A DNA stretch of 64,000 bases from positions 90,811 through 154,810 of the forward strand of contig CAVXXT010000008.1 of the NCBI GenBank assembly GCA_963765815.1, given 5' to 3'. Positions 1 to 10,336 of this stretch are shown here, in pieces. Position 1 is the stretch's first letter. Each line of letters starts with the position of its first letter. The notes beneath the pieces were generated by a model that had not been told where the DNA came from, searched no databases, and saw only the letters and a list, made by a program, of their open reading frames with translations. Source of the stretch: an uncultured Actinomycetota bacterium (lineage in GTDB: Bacteria; Actinomycetota; Actinomycetes; BP-191). A program made the translations under genes and the position numbers.

Positions 1-1317
<1,317 letters not shown>

Positions 1318-1319
1318 TG

Positions 1320-2141
1320 GTGTCGGGCGACACTGTGCCGACGGACCCAGAGCTGCTCGAGGCGATCGAGCGGTTCTACGACGCCGTGCCCCGGCAGCTG
1401 GCGCGCGCCGAGCAGCTGGGTCCGCTCGTCGTGTTCAGCCCCGGCGACGCGTCGTCGTGGCCCTACTACGTGCGTCCCGCACTCGGCGCGGGTGACATCA
1501 GCGCGGCCGACGTCGAGAGAGCGCGGGCGCGTCGTCGCGAGCTCGGCGTCGCCGAGTCGTTCGAGTGGGTGCACGAGACGACGCCGACGCTGCGCGACGC
1601 CGCGACATCCGCCGGGCTGACGGTGCACGAGCACCCGCTGATGGTGTTGCGCGACCTGGGCGCGACCCCCGCGCCACCGCCGGGCATTCGCGTCGCGACG
1701 CTCGCCAGCGACGACCCGGACCTCGCCCGCGCCACCGCGGTGGCCCACGTCGGCTTCGGCCACGCCGGCACCGCGGTCGGTGCTGCCGGTCCCACCGAGC
1801 GCGACCTGGTCGCCGCGCCGCTCGACGTCACCCCCAACCGCACCGCGCTGGCCCATGGCTGGCTGACCACCGCCGCGGCGTACGACGACGAGGGCCCGCT
1901 CTCGGTCGGCAGCGCGCAGAGCGCGCTCGGCGTGACGGAGATCGTCGGGGTCGCCACGCTGCCGTCGGCACGGCGACGCGGGCTGGCCGCGCTGGTCACC
2001 GCGGCTCTGGTCGACGCGAGCCGGGCGAGCGGCTCGACGACGGTGTTCCTCTCGGCCGACGACGAGGACGTGGCACGGGTCTACGGCCGCCTGGGCTTCG
2101 AGCGCGTGGCGACGGCGTGCATCGCCGAGCCGCCCGAGTAG
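1320..2141 (+). CDS. GNAT-family N-acetyltransferase
   Basis: GTG at 1317/1320 immediately after the thiC stop. Frame of ORF 864..2141 after the thiC overlap. Acetyltransferase-like C-terminal fold (VGVATLPSARRRGLAALVTAAL). The upstream part of that ORF overlaps thiC and is not coding. Confidence 0.6.
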   Translation: MSGDTVPTDPELLEAIERFYDAVPRQLARAEQLGPLVVFSPGDASSWPYYVRPALGAGDISAADVERARARRRELGVAESFEWVHETTPTLRDAATSAGLTVHEHPLMVLRDLGATPAPPPGIRVATLASDDPDLARATAVAHVGFGHAGTAVGAAGPTERDLVAAPLDVTPNRTALAHGWLTTAAAYDDEGPLSVGSAQSALGVTEIVGVATLPSARRRGLAALVTAALVDASRASGSTTVFLSADDEDVARVYGRLGFERVATACIAEPPE

Positions 2142-2200
2142 GCGAACCTCGCCGGGCTCAGCGGGCTCCTTCCATCGATCACCCTCCGAAGGAGCCGCCC

Positions 2201-2965
2201 GTGCGCCGTACCCGACCACTCCTGTCGCTCGCCGTCCTCGGCCTGCTATGGGGCGTCGCTCCGGGGGCGGTCGCCGCCGCGCCGGCCGGCGTCGTCCAGC
2301 CCGGCAGCAAGGTGGAGATCACCGATGTCGCGACGTGCACGGCGGGCTTCGTCTTCGACGGCGTCGGACGTCTCGCGGGGCGCAGGTACGTCGCGCTCGC
2401 CGCGCACTGCGTCGAGGGCAAGCTGGGCGCGGTCGTCACCGACGCCGCGGGAGCGCGCTTCGGCGTGGTCGCGTTCTCGATGTGGCCGTACGAAGGGTTC
2501 GCCGACGACTTCGCGTTCGTGCTGGTCGACCGGGCGGCGTACCCGCGAGTCAGCCCCGCGATGGCCGGCCATCCCGACCTGCCGACCGGCGCGGTCGCCC
2601 CCTCGGACACGTCGATCGGCGACCGGCTGCAGCTGTCCGGCTGGGGCATGGCGACCGAGCAGACCGCGACGACGCGCGAGCAGCGCGTCACGGTCCTCAA
2701 GGACCACACCGACGCGATGTGGTCGGCGTGGGGAGTGGTGAGCCCCGGTGACTCGGGCGGTCCGGTCGCGCACCTGCCGAGCGGCGGCGCCCTGGGATCG
2801 GTCAGCAACCTCTGCGCGCCGCTGCCGGTCAACACCAGCGAGGGATTCGAGCAGGTCGCCGGCTGCCTCGGCTACGGCCCGTCGGTGACGGCGATGATCA
2901 CGCGCGCTGCCGCGCGCGGCTTCACGGTGCGGATCCGTTCGGCGGCGCAGGGGCCGGCGCGCTAG
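2201..2965 (+). CDS. Secreted trypsin-like (S1) serine protease
   Basis: GTG 2201 preceded by GAAGGAGCC SD. Signal peptide (LLSLAVLGLLWGVAPGAVAAAPAG). AAHC His motif and GDSGGP Ser motif. Confidence 0.8.
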   Translation: MRRTRPLLSLAVLGLLWGVAPGAVAAAPAGVVQPGSKVEITDVATCTAGFVFDGVGRLAGRRYVALAAHCVEGKLGAVVTDAAGARFGVVAFSMWPYEGFADDFAFVLVDRAAYPRVSPAMAGHPDLPTGAVAPSDTSIGDRLQLSGWGMATEQTATTREQRVTVLKDHTDAMWSAWGVVSPGDSGGPVAHLPSGGALGSVSNLCAPLPVNTSEGFEQVAGCLGYGPSVTAMITRAAARGFTVRIRSAAQGPAR

Positions 2966-3174
2966 CGGGGACTGACCACGCCCGCGCGTGCCTCGTACCC
3001 AGCCACGTCGACGGCGCGGGGTCCGGCCTGGCGCTTCATCAGGATGCCGAGCCACTTCTTGCCGAACGACTCGGCGACCATGGTGCCGCTCACGGCCTCC
3101 CAGTCCTCCCGGCCGAGCTCCAAGAGGGCAGCGGCGTCACCGGCTTCGACCTCGACCCACTGGTACTCCCACAT
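2962..3174 (-). CDS. DUF4177-like small protein
   Basis: MWEYQWVEVEAG... about 70 aa. Start chosen at the MWEY methionine by resemblance to DUF4177 family starts. An upstream in-frame Met is also possible. Confidence 0.45.
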   Translation of the reverse strand: MWEYQWVEVEAGDAAALLELGREDWEAVSGTMVAESFGKKWLGILMKRQAGPRAVDVAGYEARAGVVSPR

Positions 3175-3316
3175 GGCTGCCCTCTTCATCTGATGAGAGA
3201 CGAACGATGAACCCACAAGTGCAGTGCCCGGAAGTGCCTGCGCCGCAATCAGTCCGAAAGGATGGTTTCCCCTAGCCGGAGGACCGGCGACAAAGCGGTC
3301 GAAACCGGACGGGGCA

Positions 3317-3664
3317 TCAGGCGAGCGGTCGCTCGGCCCAGACCTCGTCCGGAGCGAGTCCGGCCGCGTGGAGGTCGTCGTGGACTCCCGCGACGGCGGT
3401 GTGCGCGTCCACGGACACGGTGACGAAGCGCGCCACGACGAGCCACGTGCCGTCGTCCTCGCGGCGCTCGACCGTGACGGTGTCGTGCGGCTCGGCGGCT
3501 GACGACAGCCGCGCGACGACCTGCTCGACGGCGTCCGACTCGGTGTCGGCGGTCTCCCGGAATCGGGCGAGGATCGGGTACGTCGGCAGCGCTACGTCGA
3601 GTGCGAGGTCGTCGTCGGCATCGAGATCTGGGTCGAGGGCGGTGTCATCGCCGGTCGTCGTCAT
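3317..3664 (-). CDS. Hypothetical acidic protein
   Basis: ORF 3317..3721. Start placed at MTTTGDD. GC3-biased codon usage. No recognisable domain. Confidence 0.4.
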   Translation of the reverse strand: MTTTGDDTALDPDLDADDDLALDVALPTYPILARFRETADTESDAVEQVVARLSSAAEPHDTVTVERREDDGTWLVVARFVTVSVDAHTAVAGVHDDLHAAGLAPDEVWAERPLA

Positions 3665-3693
3665 GCGGGCGTCGTACCCACGCCGGACTCCGG

Positions 3694-4320
3694 TCACCCC
3701 GGATCGACGACGCGGATCCACACGTCGCGGAACGGCACGCGCCGCAGGACGTCGAGCCGGGGGTCGGGCACGTCGAGCAGTCGTGGCGTGCGCAGGGCGG
3801 CCAGCGGTGCGAGCCGCACATCCCCGAGCACGGTGTCCACGCAGCCGCGGTCACCGCCGGCGACGACGGCGTCGAGTCCGCGCGCGTGGGGCAGCAGGAC
3901 TGTCGCTGCGACGTCGGCGGCCGCGGCGAGCGCCGCGCTGGACTGGTTGTCGCGTCGTCGCGCGAACCGCTGCTGTGACCAGCCGCCGGCAGCCGAGCGT
4001 CCGTGCACCTGCCGCGACCCCACCTTCGAGACCTCGAGCCGGTCGCCGGCGAAGACGCCGACCGCGTAGCCGCCGAGCCGCACGAGAAGAACGCCGACAC
4101 GACGCTCCCGCAGCGCGTGCTCGACCACGTCGCCGTCGAGCGGCGGGAACGGCACCTCGACCTCGCAGATCGCCCCGTCCGCGGCGGTGCGCCGGACGAC
4201 GAGCGGCCCGGCCTCCTCGACCACGGCGCCGTGCCGCTCCTCGAAGCCGGCGAGCCAGCGCTCGAGCCGAGCCGGCGGCACCGTCACCCAGCGCCCGCCT
4301 CCGGCGGCCGGCTTGGCCAC
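3694..4320 (-). CDS. Vms1/ANKZF1-like (actinobacterial VLRF1-type) eRF1-fold peptidyl-tRNA hydrolase
   Basis: GGWSQQRFARRRDNQ motif resembling the GGQ-like catalytic loop of VLRF1/eRF1-fold proteins. GTG start at 4320 (VAKPAAGGGRW) chosen because the longer ORF overlaps ogt. Confidence 0.55.
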   Translation of the reverse strand: MAKPAAGGGRWVTVPPARLERWLAGFEERHGAVVEEAGPLVVRRTAADGAICEVEVPFPPLDGDVVEHALRERRVGVLLVRLGGYAVGVFAGDRLEVSKVGSRQVHGRSAAGGWSQQRFARRRDNQSSAALAAAADVAATVLLPHARGLDAVVAGGDRGCVDTVLGDVRLAPLAALRTPRLLDVPDPRLDVLRRVPFRDVWIRVVDPG

Positions 4321-4325
4321 GCCGG

Positions 4326-4976
4326 TCAGCCGCGCTCGTCGTCGACGACCAGCGGCATGGCCTCGAGGTCGAGCAGCAGCTGCTTGGCCGGCAGCCCGCC
4401 GGCGTAGCCGCCGAGCCCGCCGCCGGAGCGCAGGACGCGATGGCAGGGGACGACGACGCACAGCGGGTTGCCGCCGAGCGCGTTGCCGGTCGCGCGGCTC
4501 GCCTTCGGGTTCCCCGCCGCCGCGGCCACGTCGGCGTACGTCGAGGTGCGACCGAACGGGATGCCGGCGGTGTGGGTGAGCACCCGGCGCGCGAACGGCC
4601 CCGTCACCAGCCGCCAGTCCAGCGGGATCTCGAAGTCGTGCCGGCTGCCCGCGAAGTACTCGTCGAGCTCGCGGCGCGCGCGGTCGAGCCGCCGGGGCAG
4701 CTCCATCACGCGCGGTGACACGCGGCGGCTCAGCTCCTCCGCCGCGACGTCCGCCGCGTCGAACGACACCCGGACGACGCCGACGTCGGTCGCCGCGACG
4801 ACGAGGCGGCCGAAGGGCGCGTCGACGACGGCGTACGCGACGTCGATCAGGTCCGCGGCGTCCGCGGCATCGACGAGCTGCTGCGACAGCGCGGTCGGCA
4901 CCGACTCGGTCGTCGCCGCATCGGCCAGGCCGAGGTCGTCGGCGTCGTCGGTCACGGTGCTTGCGTGGTGAGACAT
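4326..4976 (-). CDS. ogt: Methylated-DNA--protein-cysteine methyltransferase (Ogt/MGMT)
   Basis: PCHRV active-site motif and C-terminal HTH (GNPKASRATGNALGGNPLCVVVPCHRVL). ATG at 4976 (MSHHAST). Confidence 0.85.
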   Translation of the reverse strand: MSHHASTVTDDADDLGLADAATTESVPTALSQQLVDAADAADLIDVAYAVVDAPFGRLVVAATDVGVVRVSFDAADVAAEELSRRVSPRVMELPRRLDRARRELDEYFAGSRHDFEIPLDWRLVTGPFARRVLTHTAGIPFGRTSTYADVAAAAGNPKASRATGNALGGNPLCVVVPCHRVLRSGGGLGGYAGGLPAKQLLLDLEAMPLVVDDERG

Positions 4977-5446
4977 GTCGACCTCAGCTTCGTGAGCGCT
5001 TCGTGGACGTTGCGTCGGGCGGCCGCGGGCGTCGTGCCCATGGCGGTCGCGATGTCGGCGTAGGCGAGGTCGCCGACGAACCGGTGAGCGAGGGCGGTGC
5101 GCTGCTTCGGCGGCAGCGCGCGCACCTGCGCCCAGAGTCCGTCGTCGTGCACCGGTGTCGACCTCCCGGCCGTGTCGGGCAGCGTGTCGGTCGGGGCGGG
5201 TCGTCGTGCACGGGACCGGTGCTCGTCGGTGGCCTTGCTCGCCGCGATGGTGAGCACCCATGACCGCAGGTTCGACGTGTCGCGCAACGTCGGGTAGGTC
5301 CGCAGCGCGGCGAGCCAGGTCTCCTGGAAGACGTCGTCGGCGTCGGCCCGGCCGACCAGGCTGACGACGAAGCGCCACACCCGGTCGCGGTGCTCGTCGT
5401 AGAGAGCCTGGAACGGCGGCAGGGTCACACCGGTAGAACGGGCCAC
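4952..5446 (-). CDS. ECF (sigma-70 family) RNA polymerase sigma factor
   Basis: 164 aa. Region 2 (LYDEHRDRVWRFVVSLVG...DVFQETWLAA) and region 4 (ALPPKQRTALAHRFVGDLAYADIATAMG). GTG start 5446. 3' end overlaps the ogt start by 25 nt. The rest of 4952..6820 is artefact. Confidence 0.85.
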   Translation of the reverse strand: MARSTGVTLPPFQALYDEHRDRVWRFVVSLVGRADADDVFQETWLAALRTYPTLRDTSNLRSWVLTIAASKATDEHRSRARRPAPTDTLPDTAGRSTPVHDDGLWAQVRALPPKQRTALAHRFVGDLAYADIATAMGTTPAAARRNVHEALTKLRSTCLTTQAP

Positions 5447-5479
5447 CCCCACATTCTGTGAGGTCCTAGTCTTCGCGGC

Positions 5480-5905
5480 GTGACCAGAGCAGAGCGGTTC
5501 CTCACGTACGGCGTCGCGGGGTGGGTGTTCGAGGTGCTGTTCACCGGCGCCAAGGGTCCTGTCCGGGACAAGAACTGGCGGCTGGAGAGCCACACCTACC
5601 TGTGGATGCTGCCGGTCTACGGCAGCGCCGCCGCGCTGTTCGAGCCGTCGCACGACCGGCTGCGCGACAAGCCGTGGTGGCTGCGCGGATCGGCGTACGC
5701 CGCGGGCATCTACGGCGTCGAGGCGGCGAGCGGCGCGGCGATCAAGCGGCTGACCGGCGAGGTGCCCTGGGACTACGCCCGTCCCCGTCGCGGCGACGTG
5801 GTGCCGATGCACTGGAAGGGGCTGGTGCGCCCGGCGTACGCGCCGGTGTGGTTCGTGGTCGGTCTCGGCATGGAGCGGCTGCACGACCGCCTGGTCAGTC
5901 GCTGA
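5480..5905 (+). CDS. Small polytopic membrane protein (divergent from ECF sigma)
   Basis: 141 aa, GTG 5480, hydrophobic segments. Function unknown. Confidence 0.5.
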   Translation: MTRAERFLTYGVAGWVFEVLFTGAKGPVRDKNWRLESHTYLWMLPVYGSAAALFEPSHDRLRDKPWWLRGSAYAAGIYGVEAASGAAIKRLTGEVPWDYARPRRGDVVPMHWKGLVRPAYAPVWFVVGLGMERLHDRLVSR

Positions 5906-5947
5906 ATCCGCTCGCGCCGCCGCGGCCGGCACCGGGAGACTGACCCG

Positions 5948-6568
5948 ATGGACGTGGGGCTGGCCTGGCGCGGGGCGGTATTCGGCGTGGCGATCGCCGC
6001 GCCGGTCGGTCCGATCGCAGTTCTGCTCATCCGCCGAACGCTCACCCGCGGCCGCGCCGTCGGCTTCGCCAGCGGACTCGGCGCGGCGACCGCCGACCTG
6101 ACCTACGGGCTGCTCGTCGCGCTCGGCCTCACCGCGGTCACCGAGCGGCTGATGTCCGCCGAGCGGGGCCTGCAGGCCGTCGGCGGGATCGTGCTCCTCG
6201 CGCTCGGCATAAGGACGCTTCGCGCGGCGCCCGCGGCCGTCGACGCCGCCGACACCTCGCGCCGCAGCCTCGCTGCGGCCTACGCGTCGACGTACGCACT
6301 GACGCTCACCAACCCCGCGACGATCGTGCTCTTCCTGGCCGTGTTCGCCAGCGTCGGCGTGGTGACGACGGCCGGCTCCGGTGGGGACGCGCTCACGATC
6401 GCGGCCGGCGTCGCGCTGGGCTCCGCGGCCTGGCAGCTCTCGCTCTGCGCGGCGGTGTCGCTGCTGCGCGGCCGGCTGACCGACGCGCGGATGCGCTGGG
6501 TCAACGTCGCCTCCGGCCTCGTCATCGCCGGCTTCGGCGCCGCGGCGCTCGCGTCCGCCGCGGCCTGA
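5948..6568 (+). CDS. LysE/RhtB-family amino-acid exporter
   Basis: 206 aa, six hydrophobic helices, typical LysE N-terminus (GLAWRGAVFGVAIAAPVGPIAVLLIRRTL). Confidence 0.75.
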   Translation: MDVGLAWRGAVFGVAIAAPVGPIAVLLIRRTLTRGRAVGFASGLGAATADLTYGLLVALGLTAVTERLMSAERGLQAVGGIVLLALGIRTLRAAPAAVDAADTSRRSLAAAYASTYALTLTNPATIVLFLAVFASVGVVTTAGSGGDALTIAAGVALGSAAWQLSLCAAVSLLRGRLTDARMRWVNVASGLVIAGFGAAALASAAA

Positions 6569-6572
6569 CCGG

Positions 6573-7484
6573 TCAGCCGGCCGGTAGGGCGAGCAGCCGC
6601 GCGGCGTTGTCGTGGCAGACGGCGCGCAGCCAGTCCTCGCCGAGGTCGAGCCGCTCGAGCGCGCGCAGCTGCTCGACGTACGGGTAGGGGATGTTGGGGA
6701 AGTCGCTGCCGAAGACGACCTTCTCGCGCAGGTCGGCGAGGCGCGGCAGCAGGTCCTTCGGGTACGGCGCGAACCGCTCGGTGAACTCCGTGAACGCCAT
6801 CGTCGTGTCCAGGTGCACATGCCGGTACGACTCGGCCATCGCGACGAAGTCGGCGTACTCCGGAGTGCCCATGTGCGCGATCAGCGCGACCAGGTCCGGG
6901 TGGCGACGGAGCACCTCGCCGATCGGACCGGGTCCGGTGTGACCTCCCGGCAGCGGGCCGCTGCCGGTGTGCAGCACGATCGGCACGCCGGCGTCGGCGA
7001 GGGTGCCCCACACCTGGTCGAGCAGCGGGTCACGCGGGTCGTAGCCGCCGACCTGCACGTGGGCCTTGAACAGCCGCGCACCCGACGCGAGTGCGTGGTC
7101 GACGTACGCCGCCGCGTCGGGCTCGGGGAAGAACGTCGCCGTGTGCACGCAGTCGGGGGTGCTCGCGGCGAACTCCGCCGCCCAGCCGTTGAGCCACGCG
7201 GCCATCCCGGGCTTGTGCGGGTAGACCAGGCTCGGGAAGGCGCGGACGCCGAAGCCGCGCAGCATCGCGAGCCTGGTCTCCGCGTCGACCCGGTAGCGGA
7301 TCGGCCAGCCGGCCAGGTCGCCCTCGCGCACGGCGTCGAAGTAGGCCCAGACCTTGGCCATGACGTTGTCGGGCATGAAGTGCACGTGGATGTCGATCAG
7401 CCCAGGCAGCCCGAGCGCGGTCCAGAAGGCGCGCACGTCGGCCGTCTCCGCCGCGGCGGTCGCAGGGTCGGGGAGTCGCTGCAC
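6573..7484 (-). CDS. Amidohydrolase-2 family metal-dependent hydrolase (TIM barrel)
   Basis: GLIDIHVHF metal-binding start and conserved HxH...H...D pattern. Start placed at GTG 7484 (VQRLPDP) so the gene does not overlap the divergent ACAD. GTG 7508 is also possible. Confidence 0.7.
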   Translation of the reverse strand: MQRLPDPATAAAETADVRAFWTALGLPGLIDIHVHFMPDNVMAKVWAYFDAVREGDLAGWPIRYRVDAETRLAMLRGFGVRAFPSLVYPHKPGMAAWLNGWAAEFAASTPDCVHTATFFPEPDAAAYVDHALASGARLFKAHVQVGGYDPRDPLLDQVWGTLADAGVPIVLHTGSGPLPGGHTGPGPIGEVLRRHPDLVALIAHMGTPEYADFVAMAESYRHVHLDTTMAFTEFTERFAPYPKDLLPRLADLREKVVFGSDFPNIPYPYVEQLRALERLDLGEDWLRAVCHDNAARLLALPAG

Positions 7485-7554
7485 GCGGGGATTGTGCCGT
7501 ACAGTCACCGAACCGCATTCGGTTTGACTGCGTCCCACGAGCAGGGAGTCCGGC

Positions 7555-8727
7555 GTGTCCGTGATCAGCATCCCCGAGGAGTTCACGGCGCTCACCGCGT
7601 CGATCCGCGACTTCATCGCCCGCGAGGTGATGCCGCTCGAGGACACCTACGCGCAGGAGCTGCAGAACACCGGGCACATCGCCGACGAGGTCGAGCTGCG
7701 GCGGCAGCTGCGCAAGAAGTCCGTCGCCAACGGCTTCTACACGCTGTTCATGCCGGAAGAGGTCGGCGGCGGCGGCGTGGGCTACCTCGGCATGGCGCTC
7801 GCCTACGAGGCCGTGGCGCAGAGCGGGTCCTACCTCGCGAGCGGCGGCGGCGTGCTGCCCAACGTCGAGGGCCCGACACCGGTGCTCCTCGACTGCAACG
7901 ACGAGCAGCGCGAGCGCTACCTGCTGCCGACGATGCGGGCCGAGCGCGAGACCGCGTTCGCGCTGACCGAGCCGGAGGCCGGGTCGGACGCGACGAAGAT
8001 CCGCACCCGCGCCGAGCGCAAGGGCGACCGCTTCATCATCAACGGGCGCAAGCACTTCATCACCCACGGCGCCTACGCCGACTACGTCCTGCTCTTCGCG
8101 GTCACCGACGCCGAGAAGGGCGCGCAGGGCGGCATCACCTGCTTCCTCGTCGACACCGACACCCCCGGCTTCGCCGTGAGCCGCAAGCAGCTGACGATGT
8201 ACGACGACCACCAGGCCGAGCTGGTCTTCGACAACCTGGAGGTCGGCGAGGAGCAGATCCTCGGTCGCGAGGGCTACGGCTTCTACTCGGCGATGCGCTG
8301 GATCAACGGCGGCCGCATCCAGATCGCGGCCAACGGCGTCGGCATCGCCCAGCACCTCCTCGACAAGATGCTCGACTACGCCAAGACGCGCGAGGCGTTC
8401 GGCAAGCCGATCGGCAAGAACCAGTACGTCCAGGGACACATCGTCGACTCGCTCTGCGAGCTCGAGGGTGCGCGCTACATCGCCTATGCCGCAGCCGATG
8501 CCATCGACAACGGAGCCGACGGCCGGCTCGAGGCGGCGAAGGCGAAGTACGTGTCGAGCGAGATGGTCGGCCGGGTCGCCGATCGGGCGATCCAGGTCTA
8601 CGGCGGCAACGGCTACATGACCGAGATGGGGATCGAGCGCTACGCCCGCGCCGTCCGCGCGATGCGCCTCTACGAGGGCACCAGCGAGATCCTCAAGACC
8701 AACATCGCCAAGGGCCTGGGGCTCTAG
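7555..8727 (+). CDS. Acyl-CoA dehydrogenase
   Basis: 390 aa. GTG 7555 with GCAGGGAG SD. ACAD middle and C-terminal domains (FALTEPEAGSDA, ...YEGTSEI). Confidence 0.9.
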   Translation: MSVISIPEEFTALTASIRDFIAREVMPLEDTYAQELQNTGHIADEVELRRQLRKKSVANGFYTLFMPEEVGGGGVGYLGMALAYEAVAQSGSYLASGGGVLPNVEGPTPVLLDCNDEQRERYLLPTMRAERETAFALTEPEAGSDATKIRTRAERKGDRFIINGRKHFITHGAYADYVLLFAVTDAEKGAQGGITCFLVDTDTPGFAVSRKQLTMYDDHQAELVFDNLEVGEEQILGREGYGFYSAMRWINGGRIQIAANGVGIAQHLLDKMLDYAKTREAFGKPIGKNQYVQGHIVDSLCELEGARYIAYAAADAIDNGADGRLEAAKAKYVSSEMVGRVADRAIQVYGGNGYMTEMGIERYARAVRAMRLYEGTSEILKTNIAKGLGL

Positions 8728-8729
8728 CG

Positions 8730-9146
8730 TCAGGCCGGGGCGCCGCGCTGCTGCGGGACGCCGGCCACGACGAGGGTCACCGGGCGTGCGCAGGTGAGGG
8801 TCGCGCGCCGGGCGGTCCGGCGCACCTCGACCGTGCGGCACAGCGTGCGGGCCAGCGCGATCTCGGCGGGGTGGACGTCGGAGTGCTGCTCAGAGCCGCG
8901 GACCTCGAGGCGCACCTCGCCGTCCCGCAGGTTGGCGTGCACGTCGATCTCCTCGCCGCGGCCGTGCACGACGACCGACGAGCAGAGCTCGTTGACGACG
9001 ACCACCAGGTCGTCGATGTCGTCGGCGGAGACGCGCTGCTCGGTGAGCCACTGCTCGAACAGCCGGCGGAGCAGCCAGAGCGCGTCGGGCGTGATCGCGC
9101 AGCGGTAGGACAGCAGGGTCTCGTCGCGGAGGTCGGGTTCGGACAT
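8730..9146 (-). CDS. Anti-sigma regulatory factor-like ATP-binding protein (HATPase_c, RsbW-like)
   Basis: 138 aa. GHKL-type ATPase fragment (DDIDDLVVVVNELCSSVVVHG). Convergent with ACAD. Confidence 0.6.
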   Translation of the reverse strand: MSEPDLRDETLLSYRCAITPDALWLLRRLFEQWLTEQRVSADDIDDLVVVVNELCSSVVVHGRGEEIDVHANLRDGEVRLEVRGSEQHSDVHPAEIALARTLCRTVEVRRTARRATLTCARPVTLVVAGVPQQRGAPA

Positions 9147-9394
9147 GCCTCTGTGTACTCCCCGTCACGGGGTCGGCCGATCGGCTCCGTGATGATTCAT
9201 CCCACCGGCGGACGACGAACCCGGACAAGCCTGGCGGACTGCGCTCGCTAGGCTTCCCCGGCGTACCCCGCCCGTCACTCCCTGCAGCCGAGGAGCCCGT
9301 CATCGACGTCCCCGTCGTCGCCCCGCGCCAGCCCTGCCCGTGCGGCTCGGGCCGTCGCTACAAGGCGTGTCACGGCTCGAGCCGCGCCGACCGG

Positions 9395-10204
9395 ATGATC
9401 GCGGTCCGGCCGTTCGAGGGCCGGGTGGACGAGACCGAGTGGGTCGCGCTGCGCGAGGTCGTCCCGGCGGCCACCGCGCCGCTCGCGCTCCGCGACCCGG
9501 CTTACGCCGGCCGCAGCGTGACGCTCTCCACGGTGCTGCCGATGGCGTGGCCGGCGATGGTCCGCGGCGACGGCTCGGCGTACGTCGGCCTGCAGACGCC
9601 CGGCCGCTCTGGCGACGTGTCGCGCGACATCGGCCAGGCGATCGTCGCGGCGCTCGCCGCCGAGCCCGGCGCGGCGATCCCGCAGCTGCCGCGCGCCGAC
9701 GACGCGCCGCGGGTGCAGGACCTGCTCACCGACGCGCCGCTCGACGTCACCGTGCACGACGGGTTCGACTACTGGGTCGAGGGTGTGCCTGACCCTGACG
9801 GCGAGGTCGCGGCGTCGATGGAGCGAGCCAACTCCGCGGTCGTGCCGACCGAGCGGCTGTCGTCGGTCTCCTCGGCGTACTGGTGCCGCATGCGCGAGCG
9901 GAGCCACCTCCGCTGGGCGCTGCCCGACGACGAGGACCCGCTGCTCGACGCGATGGCTCGACTGGCCGGCGCCAAGGCGCTCGGCCTGGGGGAGGGCACG
10001 AAGTACGTCGGCTCGTTCCGCGCGCACGGGCTGCTGGTGCCGGTGTGGGACCTGCCCGTCGACGCCCCGGCGACGGACTGGGAGCAGCCGGCCGCCGCGC
10101 TGCGCACCCGGCTCGACGAGGCGCTCGCCGAGCCGCGGGCGCTCACCGACGAGGAGCGACGGGCGCGGTCCGGGCTGCTCAGCCGCCAGCTCACCCTCCG
10201 CTGA
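9395..10204 (+). CDS. DUF5926-like conserved actinobacterial protein (first canonical start; SEC-C motif lies in-frame upstream, see findings)
   Basis: 269 aa from ATG 9395. Upstream in-frame codons 9332-9380 encode PCPCGSGRRYKACHG (SEC-C zinc-finger signature) with no in-frame ATG/GTG/TTG. Confidence 0.6.
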   Translation: MIAVRPFEGRVDETEWVALREVVPAATAPLALRDPAYAGRSVTLSTVLPMAWPAMVRGDGSAYVGLQTPGRSGDVSRDIGQAIVAALAAEPGAAIPQLPRADDAPRVQDLLTDAPLDVTVHDGFDYWVEGVPDPDGEVAASMERANSAVVPTERLSSVSSAYWCRMRERSHLRWALPDDEDPLLDAMARLAGAKALGLGEGTKYVGSFRAHGLLVPVWDLPVDAPATDWEQPAAALRTRLDEALAEPRALTDEERRARSGLLSRQLTLR

Positions 10205-10336
10205 ACGCGGCGAGTGTGAAGGGGTGAGGCATTTGTCCCCCACCAGCCACTTGCGGTGTCCGAATCGTCCGTGTTGCTTGCCCACGCAAGCGCAGATAGC
10301 GTCGACGCTGCTCGGGCGTCATCGCATCCCCCGTCG

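Noticed and set aside
5447-5520. Possible ECF-type promoter (GGAAC...CGCC) upstream of the sigma gene
   Set aside because: The GGAAC lies inside the divergent membrane-protein coding sequence. The -10 match is weak and the spacing is ambiguous. Not reportable from sequence alone.
4952-6820. 622-aa minus-strand ORF spanning the sigma factor, the membrane-protein gene and the LysE gene
   Set aside because: Only the last 164 codons are the ECF sigma factor. The rest is Arg/Ala-rich antisense of real plus-strand genes. Open antisense frames like this are expected in 70%+ GC DNA.
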